A stretch of DNA of 64,000 nt from Psammoneis japonica (Eukaryota), in NCBI GenBank assembly GCA_008632985.1, contig QPGO01000014.1:310001-374000 (forward strand), written 5' to 3'. This document shows positions 12,880 to 25,088 of the stretch, piece by piece (position 1 is the stretch's first letter; every line of letters starts with the position of its first letter). Made by a program: the position numbers and the translations under genes. The notes under the pieces were generated by a model that saw nothing but the letters and a program-made list of their open reading frames with translations, ran no database searches and was not told where the DNA came from.

Positions 12880-14030
12880 AACGGCTGCTCTGTGTGCTGT
12901 GCACACAAGGCTGATGAAGTGACAGCATGTTGCCCACCCAGCAAGCGGGCTCGTTGTTAAAAAAAAGTGAAATGCTGTGGTCAAGATCATGTTGCACAAA
13001 ACAATGATGTGCAAAAGAACAAAAATGCTTGGGGACAACTCTTTGCGCAGAGTTTGCTCCTTTGAGCCGGACCAAGGAGGGGCAGCAGCAGAAGCCAAGC
13101 CCCACTCCACCACACTGGCGCCGCTGAGTCTGCATGTTTTCTGCCATGAACCCATGCACTGGTGCACATCAACAAAGTCCAGCAGCCCTGGACTGCATGT
13201 GTGAGTGCTCAGGGTGTTGTGCATGCAGTCGAAAAAAAAGCTTTTTTTTGCGCTGTGTGTGTGTGGCACTTTTTTAAGGGCAGATCCCCATGCGGGTGGC
13301 GGACATTTGCGGGCCTCAAATTTCCCGCACTTCACCGGTCATTTGGACCTGTCATGGAACACTCCCAAACACTTGTGCATTTGACAAACCCTTTCAGGGC
13401 TGTCAGAACACTGCGAGAGCTGTGTGTTGAAGGCTTCAAAAACGCCCGCTTGTCGGCCTGTCCCTGTTGCCCAGTTGAAGTTGCCGCCAACTGTTGCTGC
13501 TCATGGCAAATGAGCCATGACTTTTCAGGAAATGCCAACAATTTGTGTTTGATCAGCTGCAGACACATCCACAGTCGACAAGCCAAATGTCGCACATCAT
13601 GGGCACAACCACTGCCCAGCCATTCTGTGATGACATGTCGCAGGGACAGGGACAAAGTTAGACCTGCAGCATCGCTGGAATTTTTTTTGGCAAATGCACA
13701 TGCTTTTAGTGCAATGAAGAATTTTTTTCCAAAAATTGATGGGTCTGTAAACATCCGCCCTCACCCAAGCACATCCATCCTCAAAGGGGGCGCAGCACAT
13801 GCACACAGTGGGGGGGCACATGATCGTGTTGTGTGTCCTTTCAACATTTTTGCCAATTGGTCATTCAGAAAAGCTTTAACTATCATGTTGTTGCAGGCAA
13901 TGTAGATGGCTTGGCCTCCAGAGATCAGATTTTGCGACCATGGCAAGCATTTGAAGGAAGAAGGAAAGGGAGGCAGGATGGAGTTGGAGGGATTGATGTT
14001 TGTCAAGTTTGTTACTCGTGACTGAAATTT
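12880..14030. other. TpA/CpG-depleted island, degraded unidentified element or gene
   Basis: Abrupt TG/CA-rich composition between two intact genes. Residual minus-strand ORF pieces with no recognisable domain. Confidence 0.55.
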
Positions 14031-14282
14031 TGAGTCACGGGTTTGATATCGCCAAAATGCACAAAAAATCGACCATGGGCGACGAATGACAGCCTACTAT
14101 CTGCCTTCAAAGTGACGCTCGCACCTTTGCTGTATGTCATTGTTGTGTAATTCAACACTCGTGAGGAACAACGTCACCCTAGCGCAAGTCCCAGGCATTT
14201 TAACACCGTGCACTGGAAGCGCTGAGAGCACGGGGTTGAGCCTACCTTTCTTCAGAAAGTCAGAACTCGAACAAGACCCCCA

Positions 14283-15413
14283 ATGTGGAAGCGTGCGTTG
14301 GTAGTAGCTGGTGGGCTTGCTGCGGTTTATACCTTTGGAATTCTTATGCAGCTGATTCTTGGCGGCGATCAATTGCAAAAGATTCACCGTATGGATATCC
14401 AACACAAACATCCTGTCGGCGATAAGACAGCTATGGCAGCATGGGCCGCTGAAAAAGCCTGGAGACGTGGGCGGGGCTTTTTGTGGATGCAGCACTCTCG
14501 AAAAGCGGGTGGTACAAGCCTATGTATGACGCTGCGCGAGAACTCTCGTGGGATGATCAAGGTTGGGAGAAAACAATACCCCTTGAAACAAGAAACATGT
14601 CAGTATTGCGAGTTCTGCTGCGATTGCGATCTCAAGAAAAAATATCCTAATCCCAATAACCTGCATAAGGCGGTGAGCATTGTGATGAATAAGACAAGGC
14701 GGAATTTCTTTGAGGCAGAAGGGTTTGGTGTGCCGACAGACACATTGACTGATAACTGGTCGGACTGGGCCTTTGTATCCACGCTTCGACATCCACTCGC
14801 CCGCATTGAAAGCTCGCTACGAAATGATTTCGAATACGAAATCTGTCACAAGCAACAAAACGGAACGACTGCAGATTGTTTGAAAGAGAAGTTTGTGGGT
14901 TCGGATCAGATGATCCTTGACTCTTGTAAGAATGGGATTTATCACTGTAATTCCAACTACTTTGTCCGAATGTTCTCCGGTCGAGAACTAGATTATTCAA
15001 CGGATAGAAAAATGGTGGAGCTAGCGAAGCAGAAGTTTAAACGGTTTTCTTGCGTGGTGCTAGCGGAAGAATGGAAATATACTGAAATATGCCTTGGAGA
15101 AAAGCTTGGTCTGTTGCGAACTGTCAGTGGTGCATTCAACGTCAACGGGGAAGTGAAAAAGCTGAAAAGCGCTACAGATAGCCGGACTCAATCGATCACT
15201 GCTTTCGTCGACACCAAGAACGAGTCATCACTGGTGGCTACAGCTAATGTGGACGATACAATATCAGCCAAGCTTTTGCATCCAGAAGAAGTAGAAAGGC
15301 TCATACGACTTAATAAAGCGGACCTTGAGTTTTACGAATGGGCCAGAGAACAAATCCTGGAAGACGCGCAATCAATGTGGCGTCGAAAGTTGCAAGAGAA
15401 GAACATGCAGTGA
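14283..15413 (+). CDS. Type II membrane sulfotransferase-family protein
   Basis: N-terminal TM, HSRKAGGTS (5'-PSB) and LRHPLARIES (3'-PB) motifs, C-terminal NKADLEFYEWA. Confidence 0.8.
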   Translation: MWKRALVVAGGLAAVYTFGILMQLILGGDQLQKIHRMDIQHKHPVGDKTAMAAWAAEKAWRRGRGFLWMQHSRKAGGTSLCMTLRENSRGMIKVGRKQYPLKQETCQYCEFCCDCDLKKKYPNPNNLHKAVSIVMNKTRRNFFEAEGFGVPTDTLTDNWSDWAFVSTLRHPLARIESSLRNDFEYEICHKQQNGTTADCLKEKFVGSDQMILDSCKNGIYHCNSNYFVRMFSGRELDYSTDRKMVELAKQKFKRFSCVVLAEEWKYTEICLGEKLGLLRTVSGAFNVNGEVKKLKSATDSRTQSITAFVDTKNESSLVATANVDDTISAKLLHPEEVERLIRLNKADLEFYEWAREQILEDAQSMWRRKLQEKNMQ

Positions 15414-15801
15414 AACTGGCTTTGTTAGCTTTTGGTTTTAGATCCAGTGGATCTTGAGTAGTTTTCTCTCTCCATCAAGTCTCTCATTGCATCAGTCCAG
15501 TTTTCGACCAAAAACGCACAAAATAAAAATGAAAATAGAAAAACGGTGGAAAATTGATATTAATATCCGATCACGACAATAATTTTATCTCAATATACTT
15601 CTAAAAATGATTTTTTCAGAAAAAGTCGCGCCTTTGTGCTATTTCGCTATCATTCGGCGGGTCTTGGTGCTTGGTGTCTCGGTGGGGAAGAAAGTGATGT
15701 TGTGAAAGTTGAGACGCTAACACTGCAAGGTTAGACCCTCTCCCTAGCTAGCTAGAGCGTCGTCGTTTCTGCCTTCTGGTACTTGTTAATGATTCTTCAC
15801 A

Positions 15802-17605
15802 ATGTCTTCGGAAAACAGTGATGATGAGTCAACGCTGCAAGAAACAACGGCTTCTTCCTGGATAAAAAAGTCAGACCATGGGAGCATTCATTTTTCTGTG
15901 CCTCTTTCCGAGACCTACAGGCTCTTTACCCGTCCAATTCAGCGCCAACGATGGGGTGATACGCAGATTCATCCCGTCGTGAATTGGGGAGACTTGTTCT
16001 TTGACTTATTCTACGTCGGTGCAGCTTATAACCTCGGTTATATTATCGTGTACGATCCTACCAATCAGGGCCTCTTGTACTTTTGCGGAGCTTTTCTGCC
16101 TGTGATTCAAATGTGGATGGACAAGACCTATTACGATGCTCGCTATTTTACTCGGGATGACTTGTACCATCGCCTTTATGAGATTGCGCATCTCTGTGCG
16201 CTTGCAACCGCCATTGTTCATATTCGTCCCGTAAAGTTTCTGTCAAACCCAGAAGAACACATTGACATGTTTGGTATGTCGCTTGGATTCTTAGCTGCCC
16301 TTGTCTTTTCCAGTGGGCGTCAGCTGGAGGTTTACTTTTGGGTTCGCGGAGGACCTGAAGCCAAGACGAATTCACTGCGAGACTTGTCTGCCAAAGTCAT
16401 TCTGTTTGCCTTTTACCTTGCCTCCACAATTGTAGCAGGTACAAAGTACTTTCAGAATGAAGGAAGCAGCCGTCGGATGCTGGCGGGTGATGAAGAGGCA
16501 TCAAATACTTATGAAACATACTCCTCCTCGTCTACTGATCTTCCGATTTGGCTGTTACTTGCAGGATCCTTGGCGTGGTGGGCATATTTTGTGGGTTTGA
16601 TCGTTTTCCTTCTTCCTGGGGGAGGAGCGCACAAGCGGTGAGTATTACATTTCCCAGGGGAGCTCCAAGTCCCTTATCATGGCATACGCACACCTCATAC
16701 GTGTATATCTCGTTCCCGTCTTCTTCAGTTTCATTGTCCCCGCCAACATCAGCTTCACGATTCACCGTTATGGCGAATGGATCATGCTCGTGTTAGGAGA
16801 AAGCATTCTTAGTCTCTTGATTGTAGATGTGTTGGACCCGACGGGCAAATATTACCTTACCTTTTATGCAGGAATATTGTCAGTGGTACTTTTGCAGTAT
16901 CTACACTTTCGATCGCAACCTCACGACCCAGATGATCACGCCTTGAGAAGAAGTAAGAACCAAGGAGTTCTGTTTAGTGTTCTCATGGCGATTTATTCTG
17001 GTGGTTTGATCTTGATTGGGACGGCTTACAAGATGCTTGTGAATGAGCACGCACTTGCTCAGATTATTGCGGCTGATGACAAGGGCCGCATGATGTTGTT
17101 CGCTCCCATGCGCTTGCTTGCTGGTGGTGACGACTCGGGTCTCTCTACAGAAGAACGCCAACAGTCCGTAGCAAATTTATTTTGCGGCAGCATGGCTGTC
17201 GTTTGGTTGACCAATGATCTCATGATGATCAATCACAATGGACTCAAAGACAATCTTGGACGGTGTGTCTGCAAGGAAAGCAAGAGATGGAGTATTTCTG
17301 GAGTCGCAGTCATTATGGCACGCATTGGACTCATCATCTTTATTGCCACTCTGCGTGGATACGTTACGGATCCAACAGCTCTTTCCTTGATTGGACTCGC
17401 TGGAATTTCCGCACAAGTGATTCTTCGTGTTGTTGGATCGTTGGTGTTCCCGTCCGATCAAGTCCATGCTGTAGATACTCAAGGACTGCAGGTTCCAAAT
17501 AATCAGGACGGCGAAGAAAAGAAAAAATGGCCTAATGTAACCCACGCAGTCGCACAGCCATCGGAAGAAATCGAAGCAGGGACGGACGCCGTAGAACGGA
17601 ATTGA
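15802..17605 (+). CDS. Low-temperature-requirement A (LtrA)-like multipass membrane protein; intron 16638-16728
   Basis: WGDLFFDLFYV and HRYGEWIMLVLGESI motifs, many TM segments, phase-2 GT-AG intron. Confidence 0.8.
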
Positions 17606-18135
17606 TTTGTTTGGGTTGAAAATGAAGAAGATGCTTCAGATGCATTGCTACAGCATGGACTATAATAGGTTGATGACATCGAGAGCGATAAAAGGCTTGT
17701 GTTGTGCATACGTATACAAGTTGTATTGTTACCTTTTATCATTCTCACTACACACAATAATTATACCAATTTCCGCACAAGTGATTCTTCGTGTTGTTGG
17801 ATCGTTGGTGTTCCCGTCCGATCAAGTCCATGCTGTAGATACTCAAGGACTGCAGGTTCCAAATAATCAGGACGGCGAAGAAAAGAAAAAATGGCCTAAT
17901 GTAACCCACGCAGTCGCACAGCCATCGGAAGAAATCGAAGCAGGGACGGACGCCGTAGAACGGAATTGATTTGTTTGGGTTGAAAATGAAGAAGATGCGT
18001 TCAGATGCATTGCTACAGCATGGGACTATAATAGGTTGATGACATCGAGAGCGATAAAAAGGCTTGTGTTGTGCATACCGTATACAAGTTGTATTGTTAC
18101 CTTTTATCATTCTCACTACACACAATAATTATACC
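17404..18135 (+). repeat. Head-to-tail tandem duplication (~364 bp unit) of the LtrA-like 3' end and UTR
   Basis: 17404-17767 is repeated at 17768-18135 with four single-base insertions and no substitutions seen. Confidence 0.9.
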
Positions 18136-18444
18136 ACTGGGAACCTGGCTCTTATCTTGGGCTAACTTTGATCCAGTTTCCCATGTAAACACATTCATCC
18201 CCGTTCATCCCCTACACATTTATTTCAGACCTTAACTCGGCAATAATCGTCATATCCATGGCAAGACAATCCCCGCTACACGCCCTGTCAAACCACGAAA
18301 GGCGAAATCAATCACGCCTCAATGCGAATCAATCTCGATGCACATACGTCCTTCGTGATTGAACAAGGTGTCCAAGAAGCTCTCAAGACATCTTCAAATC
18401 AAAACTATGAACTACGCATCGGAGAAACCCGTCCCCTTCCCCTT

Positions 18445-21112
18445 TTAGTGGTCGTACATGATGGCTCTTAGTAAGGCGCTTCGGTGCGCAGCTTTCATCT
18501 CAATCTTCTCCAAGACTTTGAATTCCTCATTTTGAGCCCATAGTTCTTGGTCAAGCATTGCCGCACTATCGAATCCGTACTCAACCAACCGTCTCGAGTA
18601 CTCTTTAAGATGATGCTCACCTAAAAGAGGCAGTTTGTCTGTGAGCCATTCTCTCACCTCATCAAACTCGTCAACCTTGCGTTCTTCGCCGACGCTATCA
18701 CTAAAATCGCCGGTAGCAAGAATCTTTTCCAACTTTCGCTTTTTCTGTGGAACATTCTTGGTTGATTCTTTCTTGGCAATGGGAATCTTGGTGGAGACTC
18801 CCCTTTTATCGCGTTGCTCGCCCCGTTTCCTTTCTGCGGGACGTCGTTCTCGCTCCACCTCTGGAGGACGATCCATATCAAAATCTTCCGGCGGCGGAAA
18901 GTCTCCTCGAGAAGGTGGTCTTCTTGGTGACATTTCTGCGCGTTGCCTTTGCTCTGGAGGGACATCCATGTCAAAAGCTTCTGGTGGCGGAAAGTCTCCT
19001 CGAGGAGGTGGCCTGTCCGGTCCCCGAGGTGGCGGCCTTTCCGGTGGCACTTGTCCTCGAGGTGGCGGCCTTTCCGGTGGTGGAAAGTCTCCCCGCGGAG
19101 GTGGCCTTTCCGGGGTTAATTGTCCTCGAGGCGGTGGCTTTTCCGGAGTCAATTGTCCCCGAGGCGGTGGCCTTTCCGGCAGTGGCCTTTCCGGCGGTGG
19201 AAAGTCTCCCCGAGGAGGCGGCCTTTCCGGGGATATTTGTCCCCGAGGCGGTGGCCTTTCTGGTGGCAGTTGTCCCCGTGGAGGTGGCCTTTCTAGAGGC
19301 ATTTGTCCTCGAGGGGGTGCTCTGTCCCGAGATAGTGGTTCCCGAGGCGGTGGCCTTTCCGGTGGCATTTGTCCCCGTGGATGTTGCCTCTCTGGAGGCA
19401 TTTGTCCTCGAGGTGGTGCTCTGTCCCGAGATAGTGGTTCCCGAGGCGGTGGCCTTTCCGGTGGCATTTGTCCCCGAGGTGGTGGTATTTCCGGAGTTAG
19501 TTGTCCACGAGGCGGCGGCCTTTCCGGTGGAGCGCTCTGCTCTGGAGCGGAGAACGGTGCAAGGTCTTCCATTTTCTCTGCAAAGTCGTCAGGCGGGAAT
19601 GATCCTCTAGCAGGGGGCTTCCTTTGAGCAGGGGGGCCTGCAAATGGGGATGGGTCCTCCATTCTTTCTGTAAAATCATCAGGGGGGTATGATCCTCTCG
19701 CCGGAGGTTTCTGCTGAGCAGGCGGGGTACCAGCAAACGGGGATGGGTCATCCAGGTCCGTAAAGTCATCAGGCGGAAACGCTCCACGCTCACGAGGCCT
19801 GTTGGAACGGTTTTCAAAAGCAGATGGCTCGTCATAGCGTGCAAAATCATCGCGTGTTGGTGGGAATACCGCCCTTTCTGGTCTTCTTCTGTTCGAGAGA
19901 GGGTGAGCGGGTCCATTATCGGGTGATAAGCTATCCTGTACAGGCGATTCTGGTCTTCTATTCCTCCTAGCTTCAGCAGCTTTCTTCCTTGCTACAAGTT
20001 CAAGAGCCTTCCTTGCTACTTTCGGGTCTCGAATAACATCGTTGACATCATTTTCATCAAGCGCCCTTTCAAGTTCTTCATAGCTACTAAATTCAGGCAT
20101 GGTCGCCCGCATTTCGTTTCTAATGCGTTGCTCCTCGAGTCTAGCGCGCTCTTCGGCTTCTCGATGTCGTTCCTCTTCAAGTCTAGCGTGCTCTTCGGCT
20201 TCCCTAAATCGTTCCTCCTCAAGTCTAGCCTGTTGTTCATCGGCTTCAAGTCTAGCGCTTTCATCGGCTTCTCGAAGTCGGTCTTCCTCTTCAGGTATAG
20301 CGTTCTCGTTATTACCATTACGACGCTCATAACGGTGCGGTACTTCGTCATGATGGGCTGTATCAAGAGAGCACCAACGAGAGTGTGAGATATGTATATA
20401 TAAAAAAAACAGGTTGTTGTAGCACAACGAGAAAACATAATAATGATACAAAACAAAGACTTACGATGCATCGGACCGCCGTATGCTTTCATGCCAAAAT
20501 CTCTTCCATCGCCTTCAAAATCAAAACCGTCTTTTCCTCCGACACGCCCACTGGATTCCATCAACATTTCCGCCGCACTATCCACATCCCTGTTGCATGC
20601 TATATAGGCCTGCCTCGCATCGGCAGGATGAAACCCCATTCGCGCCAGTCGATCGACAGCCGCCGACTCTTGCTCCGTCAGACTCCCAGTTCCAGTTTTG
20701 AAGGCAGGGCCTTTTGGCCGATAAGGCTCATGACGGGCAGTATTCTTTTGATCTCTCTCTAAAATGTCGCTAAGTACTTCCGTTGCAGAAGGAGCTGCAT
20801 CATCATACAATGTACCGGAACGAGCACGGTTCGTTTCTGAGAAAACAATGAGGGAACAACAGAAGTAAACCAAAGGCACAAGAGACAAATCTGAATCGTA
20901 CCAGGACGGGCCCGAGGTTGGTTATTATAACCATACTCATAGGCACTTTCATCTTGTCCGCGAAAGCCAGGAAGAATGTCACCATTCGCATAAAGTACTA
21001 CGAAAGGCTTATTCCTGCCAATCTCAACGCATACCCTTCTCGGAGGCGCAAATGCATCCGCTTCTTTTTTCCACAATGCCACGAGCGCAACCACGGCAAT
21101 GTAAAGCTTCAT
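18445..21112 (-). CDS. Putative plastid-targeted protein: signal peptide + AFAP, UBA domain, coiled coil, PPPRG repeat region, C-terminal SAM-like domain; introns 20837-20901 and 20358-20464
   Basis: MKLYIAVVALVAL...ADAFAP; AVDRLARMGF...ACNRDVDSAAEML (UBA); many PERPPPRG units; VREWL...GFDS...MKAAHRSALL (SAM-like). Splice phases are consistent. Confidence 0.8.
18880..19760 (-). repeat. Coding tandem repeat (~33-39 bp units) encoding (P)ERPPPRG(Q/D)
   Basis: Recurring cgaggcggtggcctttccgg units on the + strand. Confidence 0.9.
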
Positions 21113-21757
21113 GGTGGTCGTACCACACACACACACACAACTCACAACCCGCTCTCGATGATTAACGGCTTTTTAGCGTAACTGATTCACAACGTGCTCA
21201 CAATTATTGCAGTAGCAGCGTTTTGGCGGGAAGCGTTGACGTTGATTCTTCTCCAAAAATTGGAATGAAGCCTTTTGGCGAGGGAACCGACGTCATCTCT
21301 GACGTCTTTGTTTCCGCGTTCGAGAATCTCGTAGAATTGTACATAGCTGATGTACTAGACAGTGACGCATGACTCACTCGCCCGCGCAAAGTTGAGCCAC
21401 GTCAGAGGAATGAGGAATCACAAACTTCATGCTGTACATATGTGCAGTTGTTTTGAAAAATGGCGGGAAATCCCAGAGAAATCCGCAAAACATCGAAAAA
21501 ATTCGGCGCAGGCGAGAAGCCAAGAAGCACCAAAGAACTGAGACGAGAAGCTTGAAGAAAAGGTGTGAAAAGGTGAAACGAAGGCAAGAGTCGGTGAAAG
21601 TGCCACGTCTACGGCATTGGCAGGAAGTAGGAGTGAGATAGATCAAAACTGTGGGCTGCAGCACGTAGCAAGATACAACAGAATCTGGGTATTGTTTCAC
21701 CCATCACATAACTGACAGACATCTTTGTTTCTAACGACCAAAAGCATATTGTACACC

Positions 21758-22850
21758 ATGTCATCTTCAACGCCTGAAGACATTCCCAAAACGATGAAGG
21801 CTGGCATTGCAACCGGTTTTGGTGACATTGACGAGAATATTTTTGTCAAATCCGATTGGGAGACTCCCACCTTGCCCCCAGATGCCGATGGTTTCATGTT
21901 GATTCGAGTCTTGGCATGCGCATTAGCCCCGGGTGATGTACGGGTTTTATCTGGCAAGACGGACGCGGTCCAACTCCCGAAAGGCGGACATCCCTATGTA
22001 GTGGGCAGTGATTCGAGCGGAATTGTGGTGGCGGTGGGTCCTGGCGACAAAGATAAATTTCAACCCGGCGATTACGTGGTGGCGCGCTTTGATGAGCCAA
22101 AGCCAAACGGCGGAGTCGCCGAATATCGTATAGTCAAGACGAGCTTGTCTGAAAAGTGTCCAGAGAGTATACCACCGACGGTAGCGTGTGGTTTGCCGGC
22201 AAGTGCCATGGCTGCCAAGCGCGTCGTTCGTAGCTACGCCAAGTCTGGAGATCGGGTTTTAATCATTGGTGGTAGCGGTGCGGTTGGATCCAGCATGATT
22301 CAATATGCAAAAGCAGCAGGAGCTAGTTTCATTGCAACCGTCTCGACACAGCGTTCGTTGTGTGAATCACTTGGTGCCGACCATGTCATTGACTATCGAC
22401 AAGAGAAGTGGTGGGAACTGCCTCAGTACCAAACAAACCGTTTTGACGTCGTGTTTGACTTGGTCAATGGCGAAACTGGACCAAAGGCGGCGTTCTGGCA
22501 AAGCCATTAACAGAAAAGGAACCTACGTTGCGTTGCTAACTGGAGTAGCTACAGAACTCGAAGTACACGGCAATCTAGACATGGTTAGACTCGCCTTTGA
22601 GTTCATTGGCATCAAATTGTACTCCACACTGCATCCGTCTGTTCCGAAATGGGTTGCTCCCGAAGCACTCAAGCTGGAAGACGGCGATCTACGTGAGCTG
22701 CTTGATGACGTCAAAGAGGGAAGACTCAAGCCTGTTGTGGACCCTGCCTCTCCCTTTGACTTTACCCAAGATTCGCTTCGAAAAGCCTTTCATTTACAAA
22801 AGTCATGCCATGCCCACGGAAAGGTTGTGATTACGATAGCGGAAAGATAG
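21758..22850 (+). CDS. MDR-family NAD(P)H quinone oxidoreductase-like protein; apparent frameshift near 22475
   Basis: GroES-like N-domain (VGSDSSGIVVAVG), GGSGAVG Rossmann motif, HAHGKVVI C-terminus in the second frame. Confidence 0.85.
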
Positions 22851-23331
22851 TTCTGGTCGATGGACCATGATTTTCCGACAGGAGGTTTCGACTGTTCCCC
22901 CGTGGTAGTTGGCAGTTAACAGTGATGCATGCCAATCTTTATATAATTGTTTCTGACTCCGTATTTACTGAGCATCTAGTTTCACTAAATGTTTCACTAA
23001 ATGCTTATACTGACGGAGAACAATTTCCGAACCTTGTGTGGTAGCGCTCAGTGGAACCCAGTGTTGCAGGACTGTTCAGATACTGCCTAACGAACGAAAA
23101 GTACAAGACTCGACATAAGTGTCATTTTATGCGTTCTATTTTGGCTTTCTTAGTTGCATTGCATCGCTGATCGATTATACATCATGGCTGCTTAATCCCG
23201 GAATTGATAAGTTTGAACAGTGGGATGTGTGATTTGAGGCTTGGTCTATGAGTACAATCTGAGTGAATAACGGGAAGCATGTATCTGTGCGTTCCCAGAA
23301 ATAAGTGTGGCTTTTTCGTTTTGGATTTCTC

Positions 23332-23799
23332 TCATGACACGAAGGCGTGAGCAAACTGTTGAGCAAAACTCTGTCCTGTCGCCAACTCTGTACCAAATAA
23401 AATGAGAGCCGCAATCATGGCGATTCGACCCAGTATCATTTCCGTGTCCATCATGGCTTTGGATTCCTTGATTCTCGAAAGGTCCGTGTGCCTCGGAAGA
23501 TCCAATTCATCGGGCTTGTCGGTGGATCCCATCGCAACACTTGGTAGTATCGACACTAGGTGATCTTCGTCGTCCGTGTTTCGATACAAGAGACGAGTGC
23601 GTTGCTTGGATGATTCCTGTTGTTGGTATCTTGAAGGGTCTGGGACGCCAAACACGCTGGATGAAGCAGCATCTAGAACAAGCAGCTTGCGTGCTGATGA
23701 TTCGTTCGACACGGCGATTGTAGCTGGATTTCTTGTAGAGAACGCAGCAGCCAGTTGAGGCGCCATGGCAAACAGGAATAGGAGATTCTGTGGACGCAT
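23332..23799 (-). CDS. Plastid-targeted one-helix LHC-like (HLIP/OHP-like) protein
   Basis: Signal peptide + AAAFS; C-terminal EMILGRIAM...ELATGQS chlorophyll-binding-type helix. Confidence 0.75.
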   Translation of the reverse strand: MRPQNLLFLFAMAPQLAAAFSTRNPATIAVSNESSARKLLVLDAASSSVFGVPDPSRYQQQESSKQRTRLLYRNTDDEDHLVSILPSVAMGSTDKPDELDLPRHTDLSRIKESKAMMDTEMILGRIAMIAALILFGTELATGQSFAQQFAHAFVS

Positions 23800-24322
23800 T
23801 TTTCTTTCTATCGTCGCGGTGGCTTTTTGGTTCTCTCAATGATATGAGAAGGTCGGCAACAGTGAGAAAATGACACAGGCAGTGTCACAATTCACAATCC
23901 TGTGTCTGAGAAAGATCGCGACCAAACCGTGCTGCGTAGAATCTACGCGAAAAAGATACGGAGATTCGACACTTCGTGAGTTGCCTTCCGTGACATCCTG
24001 TAGAATTCTACGAAGTTTTTCCCGTATTGTTTTGGCGGGAAAAAGGAAAGGAATGTCCGCGATGTCAATGTTTCAAAATGCTGCAATCTGATTGGCTAAA
24101 CGACAAACTTCACTCTACTCCGCAATCTTCCCGCCATCCGATCGGCAGAACGAGTCGTCGCGGATCTTTGCTCGCAAATGTCGTGAAGCGAAACGATGGC
24201 CGAGAAGTTAGGTGCCGGTTCTGACAGTGAACAAGAATCAAGGTCAAGGCTGTGCGTTTCGAGAGTTCGATCTCTTTTTTTATTTAATGTCTGCCTTGTT
24301 TCGGTTCCGCCAAGAGCAAAAA

Positions 24323-24850
24323 ATGAGTAATTATCCCTTTCAAAAGACACAAGAAGAGTGGCGTCGGCAATTGACTCCGGAAGAACATCACGTGCTCCGA
24401 GAGGGTGGCACTGAATCGTACGGCAAGGGCGAATTCTGTCGATTCTTTCCCAAAGCTGGTTACTTTGCATGCAAGGCCTGCAAATATCCCCTCTATTCGG
24501 CGGCATCAAAATTTCAAGACCCGGGTTGGGACGCGCACTCCAAGTGTTGTCACAGCAACGACAAGCCTCATATTGGTGTACGAGAGGAGAATGAGGTAAA
24601 ACGAAACCCGTTTTGACTGTGCTCTGTATGGAGTGTTTGCCGTGTAAATAACGCGGTTAATCTTCTTTTTGCAAAACAGGTTTGCTGCAACAACTGCGGA
24701 TCGCACATGGGTCATGTGTTTTCCGAGCGCCGCCATAGCAATACAGGAGAGCGTCAATGAATCAACAGCATATGCGTAGTGCATGTTCCAGATCACCCCC
24801 CTCCGGAAAGCATTTCAGGAGAAGGACCATTGGGTGTGTTTTCAAAGTAA
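24323..24850 (+). CDS. msrB: Methionine-R-sulfoxide reductase B, selenoprotein (in-frame UGA at 24758-24760); intron 24596-24679
   Basis: [23 protein letters not shown] and [12 protein letters not shown] zinc motifs, GERQ-[TGA]-INS at the catalytic RxCxNS position. Reading continues to TAA 24848-24850, with a SECIS downstream. Confidence 0.9.
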
Positions 24851-24904
24851 AAACAAATCTTTAGAATAGAGTGGATTTGCGGAGAGCGGAAGTAAAGGAG
24901 TCTT

Positions 24905-24976
24905 CGTGGATGCGAATGACGGCGTGTGTGATCAAGAAATACATAGCTTGCCAAGCACGCCTGAAAGCATGGCACG
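24905..24976 (+). promoter_or_regulatory. Eukaryotic SECIS element in the msrB 3' UTR
   Basis: Lower stem CGTG.ATGC/GCAT..CACG, core ATGAC (24916) / TGAA (24962), upper stem GGCGTG/CACGCC, apical AAGAAA. Confidence 0.8.
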
Positions 24977-25088
24977 TGGTTTCCTTTTCTCGCTCTGCTG
25001 TCCACATTTTGAATTGAGAAACTGATTTCTTGTCGTGTTTCGTTGAGAGTCGGGTCTACTCGTAGAACAAGGAATGGCAGTTCTCTAG

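Noticed and set aside
18635..19627. Long + strand Gly-rich and Val/Ala-rich ORFs
   Set aside because: Antisense shadows of the PPPRG repeat gene
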